Assembly (NCBI GenBank): GCA_964016885.1
Contig: CAXHJY010001677.1
Location: 124,001-188,000 of the forward strand
Direction of reading: 5' to 3'
Source: Eledone cirrhosa
Taxonomy: Eukaryota
DNA: 64,000 nucleotides
Positions 22,916 to 37,664 of this stretch are shown piece after piece (positions within the stretch are counted from its first letter, which is position 1; each line of letters starts with the position of its first letter). Position numbers and translations under genes: made by a program. Under the pieces are notes generated by a model. That model did not search any database. It had not been told where the DNA came from and was given only the letters and a program-made list of their open reading frames with translations.

Positions 22916-25440
22916 GAGTAAAATATGCAAACCCATGAATGATCCACAGTTCAATTATAATAGGTAAATTTACAAGTTAAATATCGAAATTATACATTTA
23001 AAATAGAAACAGATAAATAAACATCCGAATCAAAATTATAAATATCTAAAAAATACATAATGTGTGCATATTTATCAAGTAAACCAGTTATCAAAAGAAG
23101 TTCCTTCATTCTAACATTAATTCTATCACAAATGATTAGAAGATAAAGCATTATTAACATTTCATAAAATGTTGACTTTTTAGGCCCAATAGTTGATAAG
23201 AGACCTCAACAATTAAGGCCTGATTGTTTAGTGTTTTTCCTGACCTTTTGCGAGGCTTGGAATTTAGACAAAGCTTTATGAAGGCAGTTTGAGAATAATT
23301 CACTTTTTTGTTAATTAAGTTTTCACTTTTAGTAATCATTAATAGGGCCTCCTTTGTGCAGATGTTGCAGTTAGTTGATATAGAAGAGTTCGTATATATT
23401 TTACTATTACAAAGCTTCGTCCAAAAGATCGAATATTTTAAATTTTTGTCTTTTAATGACCATATAAGTTGTGATATAGAAGTCGAAGACTTCCTATTAA
23501 AATTCGAAAATTCGCAAATATAGAAGTCGAAGACTTCCTATTAGAATTCGAAAATTCGCAAATCTCGATTTAAGTGCCGAAGAGGTTGCCTCTATGTAGT
23601 TGTATGTGTTGTTATTTGTTTTTACGGTGCATTTATACACCAGATTTCTATCCAGACAATTATTTTGCAGAGGGCAATCCGGTTTATTTCTACATTTCGA
23701 TTTATTATTATTCATCTTTGTACTATTATTAATAGCATTATGTTGATTTTGGTTTAGAATGATACTATTTAGTTTAGTGATGTTTTCGGCCATATTCATA
23801 GTTGTAGAATAAGAAAGTTTAATTGTGTGTCTATTAAATATGGAGTGGTTTTTATGTTGACTAGGGAAGGAACTATCTAAAGCTTTAAAAAATAGATTAG
23901 CTATTGGTGTTCTTATTGCTCACAGAAGCAGGGGGTGGGTGGGCAAACCATATAACTGATTTAGTTCTGGTTCTTTTCCCCGATTTACTCACAGTACAGG
24001 TGTTTGAATTATAGTTATTAGAACTTTTAGAATTTCGTTTATGTACGCCATTATTTTTATCAGGATTAAGTCTCGGATTATTATTGTCTATATATATTCT
24101 ATATTATTTTTATAACCTGCCTTTCTGAGCGCATCATTGTAATATCCTGCTTTTTCATCAAATATTGATTTAGTGGCAGATATTCTAGTTATGCATTTAT
24201 GTACACTATTTACATTTGCGTTTTTCACAGATTTATGGTGATTAGAGTAATAACTAACGTAATTTAAGTTTTCATTTGGCTTATGGAAAGGGTAATAAAA
24301 ACCAGAGTTTAAGTTAAGGGTAACATCAAGGAAATTAACTATTTTGGTACCACTTTCTACCTCTAGTTCAAGGTCGTAATTTTTAAAGAATTCAATTATA
24401 TTTTTCTTTACCCTATTTAGTTCTGTTTAACAATCGTAAATAAAATATCGTCCCTATATAAACCACCGGTAATCTCCGGCAGTTTTCTATTTATCATATT
24501 TAAGATGAAAATCCCCAGACGATCCGTGACTTACACTGAGTCCGATGATCCCATGGTAGTGTCGAAGTTTCTATTTCTATCTGAGCGGGTCCAATACTCA
24601 TTGTTGAAGTTAATTAGAGTTCTTCTAGCAGTTAATATGATATCAATTTCATCCGTAGTTAGATATGTATGTTTGTAAGCGTATGTTAAAGCCTTATTTA
24701 GTAGGTTAGGGGTAATGGAAGAGTAATAACTTGTTATGTCCATCTGGATGAATTTATAGTTTTTCTTATCATCTATATTTTTATACCATTCAATCCCTTC
24801 GTTTGTATCCTTACACAAGCTCAATTTAGACCTTAATTTAATTTCAAAATAGGTAGAATTCTATCAATAATATATTTACTGATTACTCCAATATCCGATT
24901 TGGATGGAGTAATCAGTCTAACTGGCAGGTCTTCCTCAAAGTTTCTTTTGTGATCTTTAAAATTGATCCTCGGCTGTCTAGGTATAAGAGGCTAGGTTCT
25001 TCCTTCAATTCCTAACTTTGCAATTAATTTATATGCATCATTATATATGTCTGCAAGTTCTTCAGCCGGGGCATTTTTATAATCTTTCCTTAGTTCTTTT
25101 GAAATCAAATTCTTATATTCTTCTTTATTTATCCCATATAAATTATTTGTTTTGTCAGATTTTACCAACATTTTATTAACTTTTTTATTTTCGAGATTTT
25201 TTCTTTTAAAGTCCTAAGGTATTGGTGACCTATATATGGGTTTTTCCTGAATTTAATTTTCTTAAGTATACCGAGCATTTCAGTTTCAAAATCCCCCAGG
25301 AGTTTGTTGTATGGATATTTAAGTTGTAAATTTACAGATTATAATTGAACTGTGGATCATTCATGAGTTTGCATATTTTACTCATTTTAAGTATTTTTGG
25401 AGACTCAGAAAATTAGATTTCCATTTATTTTTTTTTTTTA
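22916..25440 (-). mobile_element. Decayed Naiad-like PLE with most of RT plus GIY-YIG; inverted 3' end at its 5' junction
   Basis: KSDKTNNLY, KDHKRNF, RLITPSKSDIG, FIQMDITSYYSSI, FDTTMGSSD, GGLYRDD (~24445-24468), [23 protein letters not shown]; ~70-bp inverted repeat 22916-22985 / 25314-25384. Confidence 0.88.
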
Positions 25441-27020
25441 TATATATCTAGGTATAAATATAACAAACCATGATAGTCGACAAATATTGGTCTCTCTCTC
25501 CACTGAATTGGAGGTAAAACTACAATTATAGTATTACTAATAATGATTATAATTATTTATTTATTAAATGTATACCGTTTCATTAATATCTATAATAAAA
25601 TCTTTAAATTCCTTTTAACTAAACTGTATCCATTTAAATCCTTCTTATAAAATCTTTATATAGTTGTACAAATATGTTTATCTACTGTAATAACATACTC
25701 GTAGTTACATTTATAAATAATTTAGATACTCAAATGACTCTATATTGTTATGTGTTTGATATTCCCTGGCAGTTCGAATTTATATAATGATTTTTATTAA
25801 ATTTAATATAATTTAATTTATTTTATTTTAATTAAATTTAGATTACCTTCGGCTTTTTAAAATATTTAGCTCCTCTTTCTATCACATTCGCTAAAATATT
25901 TTAGACGTATCTTTTGCCTACTATATAGTAAAACCCTATTACATATATAATATATATTTAATATTAGGCATTTTTAAGTTTCACAAACAATTCATTATTT
26001 TTAATTTTTATATTTATTTTGTATCTAGCCCCTATCATTGGGACTTATCTAGTTTTGACTTATATGTTTATAGTATATATCAACTAAATGAAACCAATCG
26101 ATATAAAACATTAATTTTTTAACAATATTTTTTGACAATATATTTTAACTATATATTTTTTTTAACAATATTTTCAGTAACTTATTTACTATATTATATA
26201 TATTTGAAAGGATCACCTTAAGCCTTTAGACATTATAATCATTGATTAACACATATATATAATTAAAAATTCAGACTTCTTTAAGTCTAGTTATAAGGCC
26301 GGTTGATCATTTAGGCACTCAAACTATTTAATCATAAATTCTTTAATAATTATAACTATAATTATTTTATAAATTATATTATATAAACTGTTGTCAATAT
26401 TATAAATAATTTTGGTAAAGATTATCTTTGTGAGGATATAAAACCATTAAATATTTTCTCTCTCATGTTTCGTAAATCCTTTCAATTTGTTTTCCAAAAA
26501 ATTTGAATTTTAGAAATTAAACTTGATAGCATAATATAATATTAATACAAATACCTATTAACTATTAAAACCTAAAATATTACTCATTACTCTGAAATAA
26601 CTTAGATTGAATATTTTGAGTAGTAACGGTCAACTAAATAAATTTAGATATATATTGCATATATGGAAAATTGTCTATAAACTTGAACATAAATTACTCC
26701 CCTTTGTCTCTCTCTCTCTTTAATCATCTTTCATTTGTTTTTTCCAGCCACCTACTACATATATTATCACATCAGCTATTCTTTTGCGATGCTTTCCTTT
26801 CTTTCCTCTTTCTTCAGTAGTTTAAGAAAAAAAAATGTGTAACTGTTATATTGAAGCCATGTATTGTTTAAGCTGTATTACACGCACCCTCTCTATTGTT
26901 TGTATTATATATTTTTCTGATGTTCTCAATATTAGGGTATAAATATTGAGTTTTGTCATATGTTAATCACTACTATGACTGAATCTTAACCATCTACTAT
27001 GTCAGGGTATGTCATGCATC

Positions 27021-27090
27021 ATTTTATTTTATCTGATGAGGACGTATGGTTGAACTTAACACAGTACCTCTGAAATATGTATAATAAAAT
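27021..27090 (+). ncRNA. Hammerhead ribozyme candidate near a PLE 3' terminus
   Basis: CTGATGA (27033)-GGAcGTA...TACcTCT-GAAA-TATG-TA; AT-rich stem I TTTTAT/ATAAAA with bulge; followed by short tail and (TA)n. Confidence 0.55.
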
Positions 27091-27131
27091 ATAATTGATC
27101 ACGAGAATATCTATTTTGTTAATATTTTAAA

Positions 27132-27169
<38 letters not shown>

Positions 27170-27329
27170 TAAAAGAGAAAACACAGGTAAGCATTAAGAG
27201 AAGGATTTTATCCAGGTATTTACGACCGTTTCATTGGTAAGTGCAACCTTATATTGCTATACTGCAAATAACAGCCACTCAATTATAATTGTTGTTCACA
27301 GTCCAAATTTAGAAAATAAAAAAAAAATA

Positions 27330-27385
<56 letters not shown>

Positions 27386-27405
27386 TACATATATATATAT
27401 ATATG

Positions 27406-27481
<76 letters not shown>

Positions 27482-27649
27482 GTTCAAGAGTAACCAATCT
27501 TAAAGAGAGAGATGGGGATAGGAGAGGAGAGATTGGTGAATTAGTTAGAAGCCAAAGCGTAAAGGCATGTTCCCAATGTGGAATATGCAGTAGAAAGCAG
27601 CTAGGTGGCTGGGTTCATGCAGAGGTTAGTTAATTAGTTAAGCAAAACA

Positions 27650-29515
27650 AGACCACAAATTTCACAAGGAAGACATTATTAAAGATTGCCAACATATTGC
27701 CATCAGAGCAGTAATCAAATCTATCTCGTATAGGATCTCCATGCTATCAGCAAATGAGGAGATATTTATAAACCATGCACAATATTATAATAAGGCTCTT
27801 TCTGAATCTGGTTATGAACAGTCCATTTACTACATACCTAAATGCCATAACACAGCAATTCACCATAATAAATTTAACACTAGAACGAGAAATACCTTAG
27901 CATATAGCCAGATTCGCCGGAATTTTAGCAGTAACAGCACCTATACAGGGAAGTTTAATGGTGGCAGCGGCCTGCTCCCCACTCCAAGTAGCAAACTAAA
28001 AATCAACCCTAGAATAGGAATGATTAATGGGTTGACAACTAACAAATCCCCAGGTAATAATAACACTAGGAAGGCCCCTACCAACTCCACTAGAACCCCT
28101 AGAAGGAAATAGACCTAGAAATATCACCTGGCTTAACCCCCCCCCATTCTCATCTAATCTAGCTACTAATATCCCTAAACGCTTCTTCTCTATACTATCT
28201 AAACATCCCCCCCACAAACCATAGATATTACAAACTCTTTAATAAAAATAACATTAAAATCTCATTCTCCACAGCACCTAACCTAGCTAGCCACATCGCA
28301 TTCAGTAACCATCATAAACTAAGACAGTATAACTCCCACACCGCGGTACCACCACCCCTATCAAATACACCACGCCACTACACCAATAATTACACTAGTA
28401 GCACAACTCCCCATCTAATCCTTCTAGCACTGACCAACCGCTTAGGTTAAACTACCCTACTCTCACTAACCGCAGAAGCAACTGCAACTGCCGTTACTCT
28501 CATGCACGCCCATTAAATGGACATTGCCTGACACCCAACATAGTCTATAGGTAAACGGTTAAAACTGCTTCGAATACCAGCTCTTATATCAGGTCTACCT
28601 TTAACCCTTTTAAGATAAGCTATAACGCGCACTCCTTTTCCTTCCGAGACCCTAGCAACAGATGTTCGACATCTCTAGCTAGGCTCATTAAAAACCTTAA
28701 ATTAAGCAACATTGAACACTCACTAAAATGGGATATCGTAGCTAGGGCCCAACCGTTCAATGGACGAAAAAAATCTTGTGATCTCTGTATTACCGAAGCA
28801 TATTACATAACTCTATCACGACTTCTACCGATTAACGATAGAACGGAGGTAACTATTAGCTGTCAACATCGAAGGGCTAACTCTTTCGCCAATAGAATAT
28901 TTGACCCAACATAGTCATCTAGCCCCATTTTTACTTGTAGCTAATAAGTAAAATAGTTATAACTAACTTAGATAATTATAAGTTACCTCTCCCACATTGT
29001 CTCTCAATTAAAAAAATTAAAAATTAGCACTTAACTATAAACTACCCACAATTTCTAATCTCTCGAGGGGTTTCCCCTGAAACCACCCTCTAATTAGTAA
29101 GGTAAATATGTCCTTTGGCGGCCATCTTGTTCCCCATAGGCAGACCTCACACAATGCAGCCTCGACAGATGAATACTGCTTGAGTATGGCTGACAATTGA
29201 TACAACCAGGACACCATAGTGAAATACCAATATATGGAACATTACATTATGTAACATTCTCTCCTTATTTTAATTTATATTCCTTTGAAGTTCCGATGAG
29301 CCGCTCTGTTTTTAAATATGTTAATTATTTTCAACTCAACCAGATCAATAATGATATATAGTCATCTGATCCAGAAATATTATATGGAGTAGCGAAACAA
29401 TTGTAAACGGACATTATTATTATTATTATTATTATTTTCTACATTCCTTACATCAAACTAAAATATGTTGACATTCTTTAATAATGTGAAATTGTGGTCT
29501 TGTTTTGCTTAACTA
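27650..29515 (+). mobile_element. Decayed Naiad-like PLE 3' half (thumb, GIY-YIG, 3' UTR)
   Basis: SISYRISMLSANEEIF..YYNKALSESGY; RNITWLNPPPFS..LATNI; CNCR..PLNGHCL..IVYR; SYI; CDLCITEA; CQH. Confidence 0.85.
29290..29408 (+). ncRNA. Hammerhead ribozyme with long stem-loop II insertion (core U4>C)
   Basis: GTT-CCGATGA-GCCGCTCTGT...(~75 nt)...ATGGAGTAGC-GAAA-CAATTG-TA-AAC; palindromic stem III. Confidence 0.6.
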
Positions 29516-29516
29516 A

Positions 29517-29562
<46 letters not shown>

Positions 29563-29585
29563 TATATATATATAGAGAGAGATAC

Positions 29586-29640
<55 letters not shown>

Positions 29641-29656
29641 TACATATATATATATA

Positions 29657-29708
<52 letters not shown>

Positions 29709-29715
29709 TATATAC

Positions 29716-29750
<35 letters not shown>

Positions 29751-29809
29751 CATATATGTATGTATACATATATATATATATATACATATACATATACATA
29801 TATATATAT

Positions 29810-29888
<79 letters not shown>

Positions 29889-29974
29889 CAGACATATATA
29901 TATACATACATATATATACGTATACGTGTAGCTTAGCCACAGACAAAACTTCGATTCTACTAAACTTCCATTTG

Positions 29975-30036
<62 letters not shown>

Positions 30037-30212
30037 TATAAATAATGAATAAAAACAAAGAAACAGTTCCTTATATTACAAAAATCTATCATTTTACGAT
30101 GGTTTCTAGGATATATATGTGTGTGTTGGTATGCATATCATATAGATCTATGTAACATATTTACAAATTATCAGAGGGAACATACATATCTACACATATA
30201 TATGCTGTCTTC

Positions 30213-30658
30213 AGAAATAATTGTTTCTACTTTAGGCACAAGGCCAGTAATTACCCAGTCAGAAATAATTGTTTCTACTTTTGGCACAAGGCCATCAATT
30301 ATCCCAGTGCATTACTGGTACTTTATTTTATCGACCTCGTAAGGATGAAAGGCAAAGTCAACCTCGGCGGGATTTGAACTCAGATCGTAAAGGGACGTAA
30401 CTATGCTGGAAAGCATGGTGTCTGACCCTCTACCGATACTGCCAATCCACCGAGTCAGAAATAATTGTTTCTACTTTTGGCACAAGGCCAACAATTAATC
30501 AGTGTATTACTGGTACTTTATTTTATCGACCCCGTAAGGATGAAAGGCAAAGTTAACCTTGGGGGGATTTGAACTCAGAATGGCAAGGGCAGTAACTCTA
30601 TGCGTCAAAGCATGGCGTCCGACCCTCTACCGATACTGCCAATCCAGTCAGAAATAAT
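30213..30658 (-). mobile_element. Two tandem tRNA-derived SINEs (Meta-domain-like core) plus a tail fragment
   Basis: Minus strand A box TGGCAGTATCGG, B box GAGTTCAAATCC, core GCCTTTCATCCTTACGNGGTCGATAAAATAAAGTACCAG; repeated flank AGTCAGAAATAAT. Confidence 0.85.
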
Positions 30659-31324
30659 GATATTTGTTTATTGAAAAAAAAACAACAAAGAATTAATATA
30701 ATAGGTCTGTTTGGGAACAGGTTTTGAATTGACCAATAGAAAGGTAGTAAGTGGTCAAGATGATAGAATAGTAGTAATAGAAATTTAATTTAGGGGTAGA
30801 GGAAACAGACTTCAGTTTTGAATGGAAAGAGTATTTTGAATGAAAAGATTACTTTGTGATGAAAATAGGTCAAGCCGGTAAAAGGTACACGAACATTTGA
30901 TGTTATAAAAGAATAATGCCAATGTTAAAATCTAAGGAGAATAACATTTTACGATAAATGTGTTAGTGAAAAATATCAATCTTATTTAAAATATAAGGAA
31001 TTTACATCTATAAAAAGAAAATAAATTAATTGAATTGATAGGTATATTTATATTGCTAAATTTATATGATTTCATATAGATATGATAAATAAGAGTTAGA
31101 TGTAATTGAAGAATGTTGTTAAAAACGAAAGAAAAAATCGGGGGGGGGGGGTTAAATGTGAGAAATAACAAATTTATATAGATTACAAGGAATATAGATT
31201 CATAACCTGAAATAAAAATAGTTTATATGTATACTTATTGGTATAAATTTTAGGAAAAGATAGCTGTGAAAGGGAAATAAAATTATGCAGTTCATTAGTA
31301 ATAGAATATTAATTATATATATAT

Positions 31325-31694
31325 GGGAGGAAGTTGTAGTTTACTTGAAGCATTGCGTAATGAGGTATAAACGTCTGGATTTGGAAGGACAAGACAATGC
31401 AGGTATGGATATAGAATATAAATGCAAATGCAAAAGATATTGTTGACAAATAGTCTTTTACCTTAAATTTATTTAAATATCCTTAATTTTCGAGATAATG
31501 TCAGCATGACTTGGCAAGCTAATTAGAACACTGGATTAGCCCCTTTACTTCCCTCCGAAGAAGAGATATTACCTCGAAAATTAAGGATATTTAAATTAAT
31601 TTAAGGTAAAAGACTAATTGTCAACAATATCTTTTGCATTTGCTTTTATATTCTATATCCATACCTACATTGTCTTGTCCTTCCAAATCCAAAC

Positions 31695-31701
<7 letters not shown>
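31325..31701. mobile_element. Fold-back PLE-terminus insertion with ~135-bp arms and an HHR at the inner edge
   Basis: Arms 31366-31502 / 31565-31701; CCT-CCGAAGA-A-GAG atattac CTC-GAAA-AT-TA-AGG at 31552-31586; TA-flanked. Confidence 0.7.
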
Positions 31702-31750
<49 letters not shown>

Positions 31751-31933
31751 TTCACCGTATTTTTCAACTAAAGGAATTTTAGTATGATAATGGGGTTTAG
31801 AACCATCATATAAATGAAAATTACGGTGAAAGGTATTCTATTTTCTAATTTCAAAACTGCTCAATACATATATATATATATATTTATATATATACATATA
31901 TATACATATATATATATATACATATATATATAC

Positions 31934-31974
<41 letters not shown>

Positions 31975-32094
31975 TATACATATATATACACATATATATA
32001 TACATGTATATACATATATATATACATATATATACTTATATATATACATATATATATACATATATATATACATATATATACATATATATATATA

Positions 32095-32273
32095 AGTTTA
32101 TCTCGGATTCAATCGGAGGTAACCACAGTAAGTAAGGTACTCAACACAAAGCAGAGTATGAATATGTAAAACAGAAATGGCTTCTACAGGATTAGAACTG
32201 TTTCATTCGGGAGAAATTATCAGGAAGCCCGATGATTTCTCCCGAATGAAACAGTTCTAGTCCTCTAAAAGCC

Positions 32274-32280
<7 letters not shown>
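32095..32280. mobile_element. Fold-back PLE-terminus insertion with back-to-back HHR cores (copy at 33899-34085)
   Basis: Arms 32173-32224 / 32228-32279; C(C/T)GATGA-TTTC tccc GAAT-GAAAC agttcta GTC-like core on both strands. Confidence 0.75.
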
Positions 32281-32362
<82 letters not shown>

Positions 32363-32496
32363 TATATACATATACATATATGCATATATACATATACATA
32401 AATATATACATATATATAAACATATATGTATATATACATATACATATATATACACATATATACATTTATATATACATAACATATACATACTTATAA

Positions 32497-32535
<39 letters not shown>

Positions 32536-32536
32536 C

Positions 32537-32588
<52 letters not shown>

Positions 32589-32592
<4 letters not shown>

Positions 32593-32728
32593 CCCACCCT
32601 TGCAGGCAGGGAAATGCGACCGTAAAACGATGATGATGATGCGGTTGATATATATATATATATATATATCAACCGCATCATCATCATCGTTTTACGGTCG
32701 CAATCCCCTGCCTACAAGGGTGGGACAC
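32589..32728. repeat. Palindrome of two RTE-type 3' tails around a (TA)n centre
   Basis: GTCCCACCCTTG...CGTAAAAC(GAT)4GCGGTTG (TA)n and its reverse complement; resembles the RTE 3' end at 61086-61145. Confidence 0.8.
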
Positions 32729-33087
32729 TTATATATATATTGTTACATCGGTTAGTGAGGGGTAGTATTATGACCTGTAAAAACTAACACTCTCCCATCC
32801 CCTCTGGCTCTCGGCTGACTGCCACAGCCGTGATGGGTAGCAGTAAAATATGGTAGGGCATTGGTGGGCCATTGTTTTGGATGACATGGTGAACTGACTA
32901 AGCAAATTTCGTTGAAGTCTGCGGTGGCAAATGGTCAACTTCCTTCGGACATGCGCTTGCGCAGGCCGGTGGGGGTGAATTGGTATTCACAAGGGAGTGG
33001 AGGAAAAACGCAAAAACACGCAATTCGTCCGTTTCCTTGTCGATCCGATTTGAATTGCCTCGGAAACATAAGCTTATTATGTAACAA

Positions 33088-33161
33088 GCTGTCTGATGAT
33101 GACACGACACTCGCACACGGAACAGTGTGGCCAGTGTCGTCACTGAAATATATATCACAGC
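33088..33161 (+). ncRNA. Type I hammerhead ribozyme with extended stem II, in orphan PLE-like 3' fragment (~32745-33210)
   Basis: GCTGT-CTGATGA-TGA ca CGACACT..CACAC/GTGTG..AGTGTCG TCA ct-GAAA-TATATA-TC-ACAGC; perfect 5-bp stem I, palindromic stem III. Confidence 0.75.
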
Positions 33162-33265
33162 ATTATTATTAAAGGATTTCAACATCTGAAACTAATTCGC
33201 TTTTTCTTATTCTATATATATATATATACATATATATGTATTTATTATATATATATATATGTATA

Positions 33266-33340
<75 letters not shown>

Positions 33341-33355
33341 TGATATATATATATA

Positions 33356-33449
<94 letters not shown>

Positions 33450-33569
33450 ACCGTATTTTCCAACTAAAGAAATTTTAGTCTGATAATGGGGTTTAGAACC
33501 ATCATATAAATGAAAATTACGGTGAAAGCTATTCTATTTTCTAATTTCATAACTGCTCACTGTTTCAAA

Positions 33570-33694
<125 letters not shown>

Positions 33695-34078
33695 CATATA
33701 TATACATATATATATATATTTATATATATACATATATATACATATAATATATATATACATATATATATACATATATATACATATATATATATATATACAT
33801 ATATATACATATATATACGTATATATACATATATATACATATATATATACATATATATATATACATATATATATACATATATATACATATATATATATAA
33901 GTTTATCTCGGATTCAATCGGAGGTAACCACAGTAAGTAAGGTACTCAACACAAAGCAGAGTATGAATATGTAAAATAGAAATGGCTTCTACATGATTAG
34001 AACTGTTTCATTCGGGAGAAATCATCAGGAAGCCCGATGATTTCTCCCGAATGAAACAGTTCTAGTCCTCTAAAAGCC

Positions 34079-34126
<48 letters not shown>

Positions 34127-34411
34127 CGAAGGAAATGTGGTAAGGAACCAGGTGGACCATAACGCACCAAAGTACTCAATACTTGAGGTAGTAGAGTGGG
34201 TAATAGGAACCAGTAGGACCCCGACAGCTGAGCTCAAGCCGTTTCGGGGTCCTACTGGTTCCTATATATATATATACATATGTATATATACATATACATA
34301 TATGTATATATACGTATACATATATATATACATATATATACACATATATGTATATATACATATACATATATATACACATATATACATTTATATATACATA
34401 ACATATACATA

Positions 34412-34499
<88 letters not shown>

Positions 34500-34549
34500 A
34501 CCCTTGCAGGCAGGGAAATGCGACCGTAAAACGATGATGATGATGCGGT

Positions 34550-34664
<115 letters not shown>

Positions 34665-34759
34665 TTCATATATATATATATATATCTATGTATTTATTAT
34701 ATATATATATATATATATTTCGTTTCTGAATTTGTTTATATATATTTTGTTTATATATA

Positions 34760-36674
34760 TTTCGTTTCTGACCTTAGCAACCTTTGCCCTACAAGACTAG
34801 CAAGAGGCAGACCACCTACCATTATCTCAATGGCCAAGAAAACCCACACAGATAGATGGAACGGGTGGACTAGAGCCATACGGACACTCAAAAACCACGA
34901 TGAACTGAAGAAAATGATTGCACATGCGGTAGGGGCCAGCATAAAATTAACCCTTAAGGAACATATGTTCAAATTTAATGGAAAAACATATGCCCAAGAG
35001 GAAGGAGCAGCCATTGGTGTTAGCATTGCAGGCGACATAGCTAACTTATTCATGGTATGGTGGGACAGTAGACTTAAACTTAAACTTAAAGAACAATTAG
35101 AAGACAGCTTAACCCTGATAATGTACTCCCGCTACGTAGATGATATAAACATCGTAGTTAAGACACCCCCACTAGAGAACAGTCAGGAACTAGAGAAAAA
35201 CACAATGGAAAGCATCCAGCAAATAGCAAACTCCATCCACCAGAGCATTAGAGTTACTATAGACTACCCAAGTAGACACCCCAACCATCGATTACCTGTA
35301 CTAGACACAGAGCTCTAGTTAGATACCATTAACAACCAAAAACAAATCCACCATTCCCATTATGCCAAACCCATGACTTCCAAACATCTGATCCACCGAA
35401 ACTCGGCCATTTCGGACCATACCAAAATCAACATACTGATTGCGGATTTGGTACGGGTGATGAGAAATGTGTCCCGCATGTGCAACCCCGAAGCACTAGA
35501 GAGACACATACAACACTTCATCCACCGTATGCAGTTCTCTGGCTACAATCAGAGAGATAGAATCAGAGTGTATAGAGGAGCCAGAACCAAATGGGAAAAA
35601 ATGGTAAATAATGACATAAATGGGACCTGCTCCTTGTATAGGAGCAAATTTTGGAATAGAATAGAAAGAACTAGGAACAAGGCCAATAGAATAAACTCAT
35701 GGTATGATAGCAATAAATACCAGAGTGTAATGTTCATCGATACAACCCCTAGAAGCGAACTAGCCTACACACTTAGAAGGGCCCTAAATAAACATAAACT
35801 CAATATTAAGATAGTAGAAAGACCAGGTACCTCCGTAAAAACACTTATTAGCAAGACATACCCGTTCCAAAGACCCTCATGTATAGATAAGAAATGCATA
35901 ACCTGTAAAATAAGCCCCCATATTAACTGTAAAACTAGAAATGTAGTGTATAGCATAAGATGTACTGAAGGACAATGTAGAAACAAAAATATAGTGTACA
36001 TAGGTGAGACAGCTCGTAGTATAGGGGAACGGATAAATGAACACTGGCGAGACCTTCAAGATAATAAAGAATCATCTGTACTGTACCAACATGCTAAGAT
36101 AGAACACAAGGGTAAATTAGAGAACATAGAAATAAAAATAGAATCTACACACAGAAAAGATGCAATGTTTAGACAAATTACAGAGGCAATAAACATAAAA
36201 GTATTACAACCAAAATTAAATAGAAAATATGAGTGGAACAGCAACATCACAACTTACAATTAAGGACAAAATGAAAACACACACACACATAGAACAAACA
36301 ACCAACCAATAACATGTAAATAAATAAACAAATAGATAAATGAACACAAACACACACAGACACCCGGATGTGGCGCATGCGCAAACTGAGCACACAACAC
36401 ACACACAGAAAAAAAATGGCGTAGGACAGAACAAAGGAGAGGCACGGAGACAAAGAAAGGAATCCCCAGTCACTGAAGAGGTCACAGAGTGAGTGACGAA
36501 AGGACTATGACTATATATAAACAACTATCTGGTTGTGGAACCAACCAACCAACCAGAAATTTATAAATTTGTAGATTTGTAAATTTATAAATTTATAAAT
36601 ATATAATAAATTGAAGTGAAAGCAACTGGCGCGTGTGTTTCCTATTGGCAACATGACCCTCCCAAAGTATAACA

Positions 36675-36676
<2 letters not shown>
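34760..36676 (+). mobile_element. Neptune-like PLE, 5'-truncated; RT + GIY-YIG ORF (~34772-36263) split by one stop
   Basis: [30 protein letters not shown]; TAG at 35316-35318 replaces the Trp of DTELW seen in the 929-2236 copy; 3' end similar to 403-493. Confidence 0.92.
36468..36512 (+). ncRNA. Minimal type I hammerhead ribozyme in PLE 3' UTR
   Basis: AGTCA-CTGAAGA-G-GTCAC agagtga GTGAC-GAAA-GGAC-TA-TGACT; perfect stems I and II. Confidence 0.85.
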
Positions 36677-36731
<55 letters not shown>

Positions 36732-36743
36732 TATATATGTATT

Positions 36744-36810
<67 letters not shown>

Positions 36811-36908
36811 TATATATATATATATATACATATATATGTATATTCATATATATATATATATATATACATATATATGTATATTCATATATATATTCATATA
36901 TATGTAGA

Positions 36909-37015
<107 letters not shown>

Positions 37016-37664
37016 AATAAATATACGAAAAATACATAGCCTTATAAAAATAACTCGTTTGAGAACAGAATGGGAATTATTGGTGCCGTAAGAAAAAATA
37101 CAAATACAAAAAACAATAAACAACCCCAAATCTAGTAATAATACATAAACAATTTTAATCTAAAATAATCTAAAATAAAAAGCTCAAATAGACAGATGAG
37201 ATTTGCAAATGACTTTAGCAGATCTATTAAGGAAATACAAGTGCAATTATGCAAATTGATTTTCATTAGCATATTTTACTTAAGTTTTAAACATGATCCG
37301 TTCCGTGATTGGAATAATATTCAGGTGTTTAATAATTACACATTACATGGAATGTTTATCTTACTAATAGTCTAATATTTGTTTTGTTTTGATTTATTTT
37401 TGTATTTTTTGTGTGTTGTATATTGTTTTTTTTTTTTTGTGTGTGTTTAATTTTGCACAATGTTGTCTGTTTCTTGCTACTAAATGATATATTTCGTATT
37501 ATTAATCACAGGTGTGCATCTGTGTGATTGTTCTTGTTTTATGTCTACATTTATGATATATAATATACACATGCTTTAAGTTTATGTTCATGAAATGTAA
37601 ATTTAAAGATGCATAACATAATACAACTGCAATGAATGGTGTGTGTCTGTATTTGTATGCGAGT

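Noticed and set aside
35316-35318. Possible programmed read-through between ORFs 34830-35318 and 35373-36263
   Set aside because: The paralogous element has Trp (TGG) here; a single G>A nonsense mutation explains it
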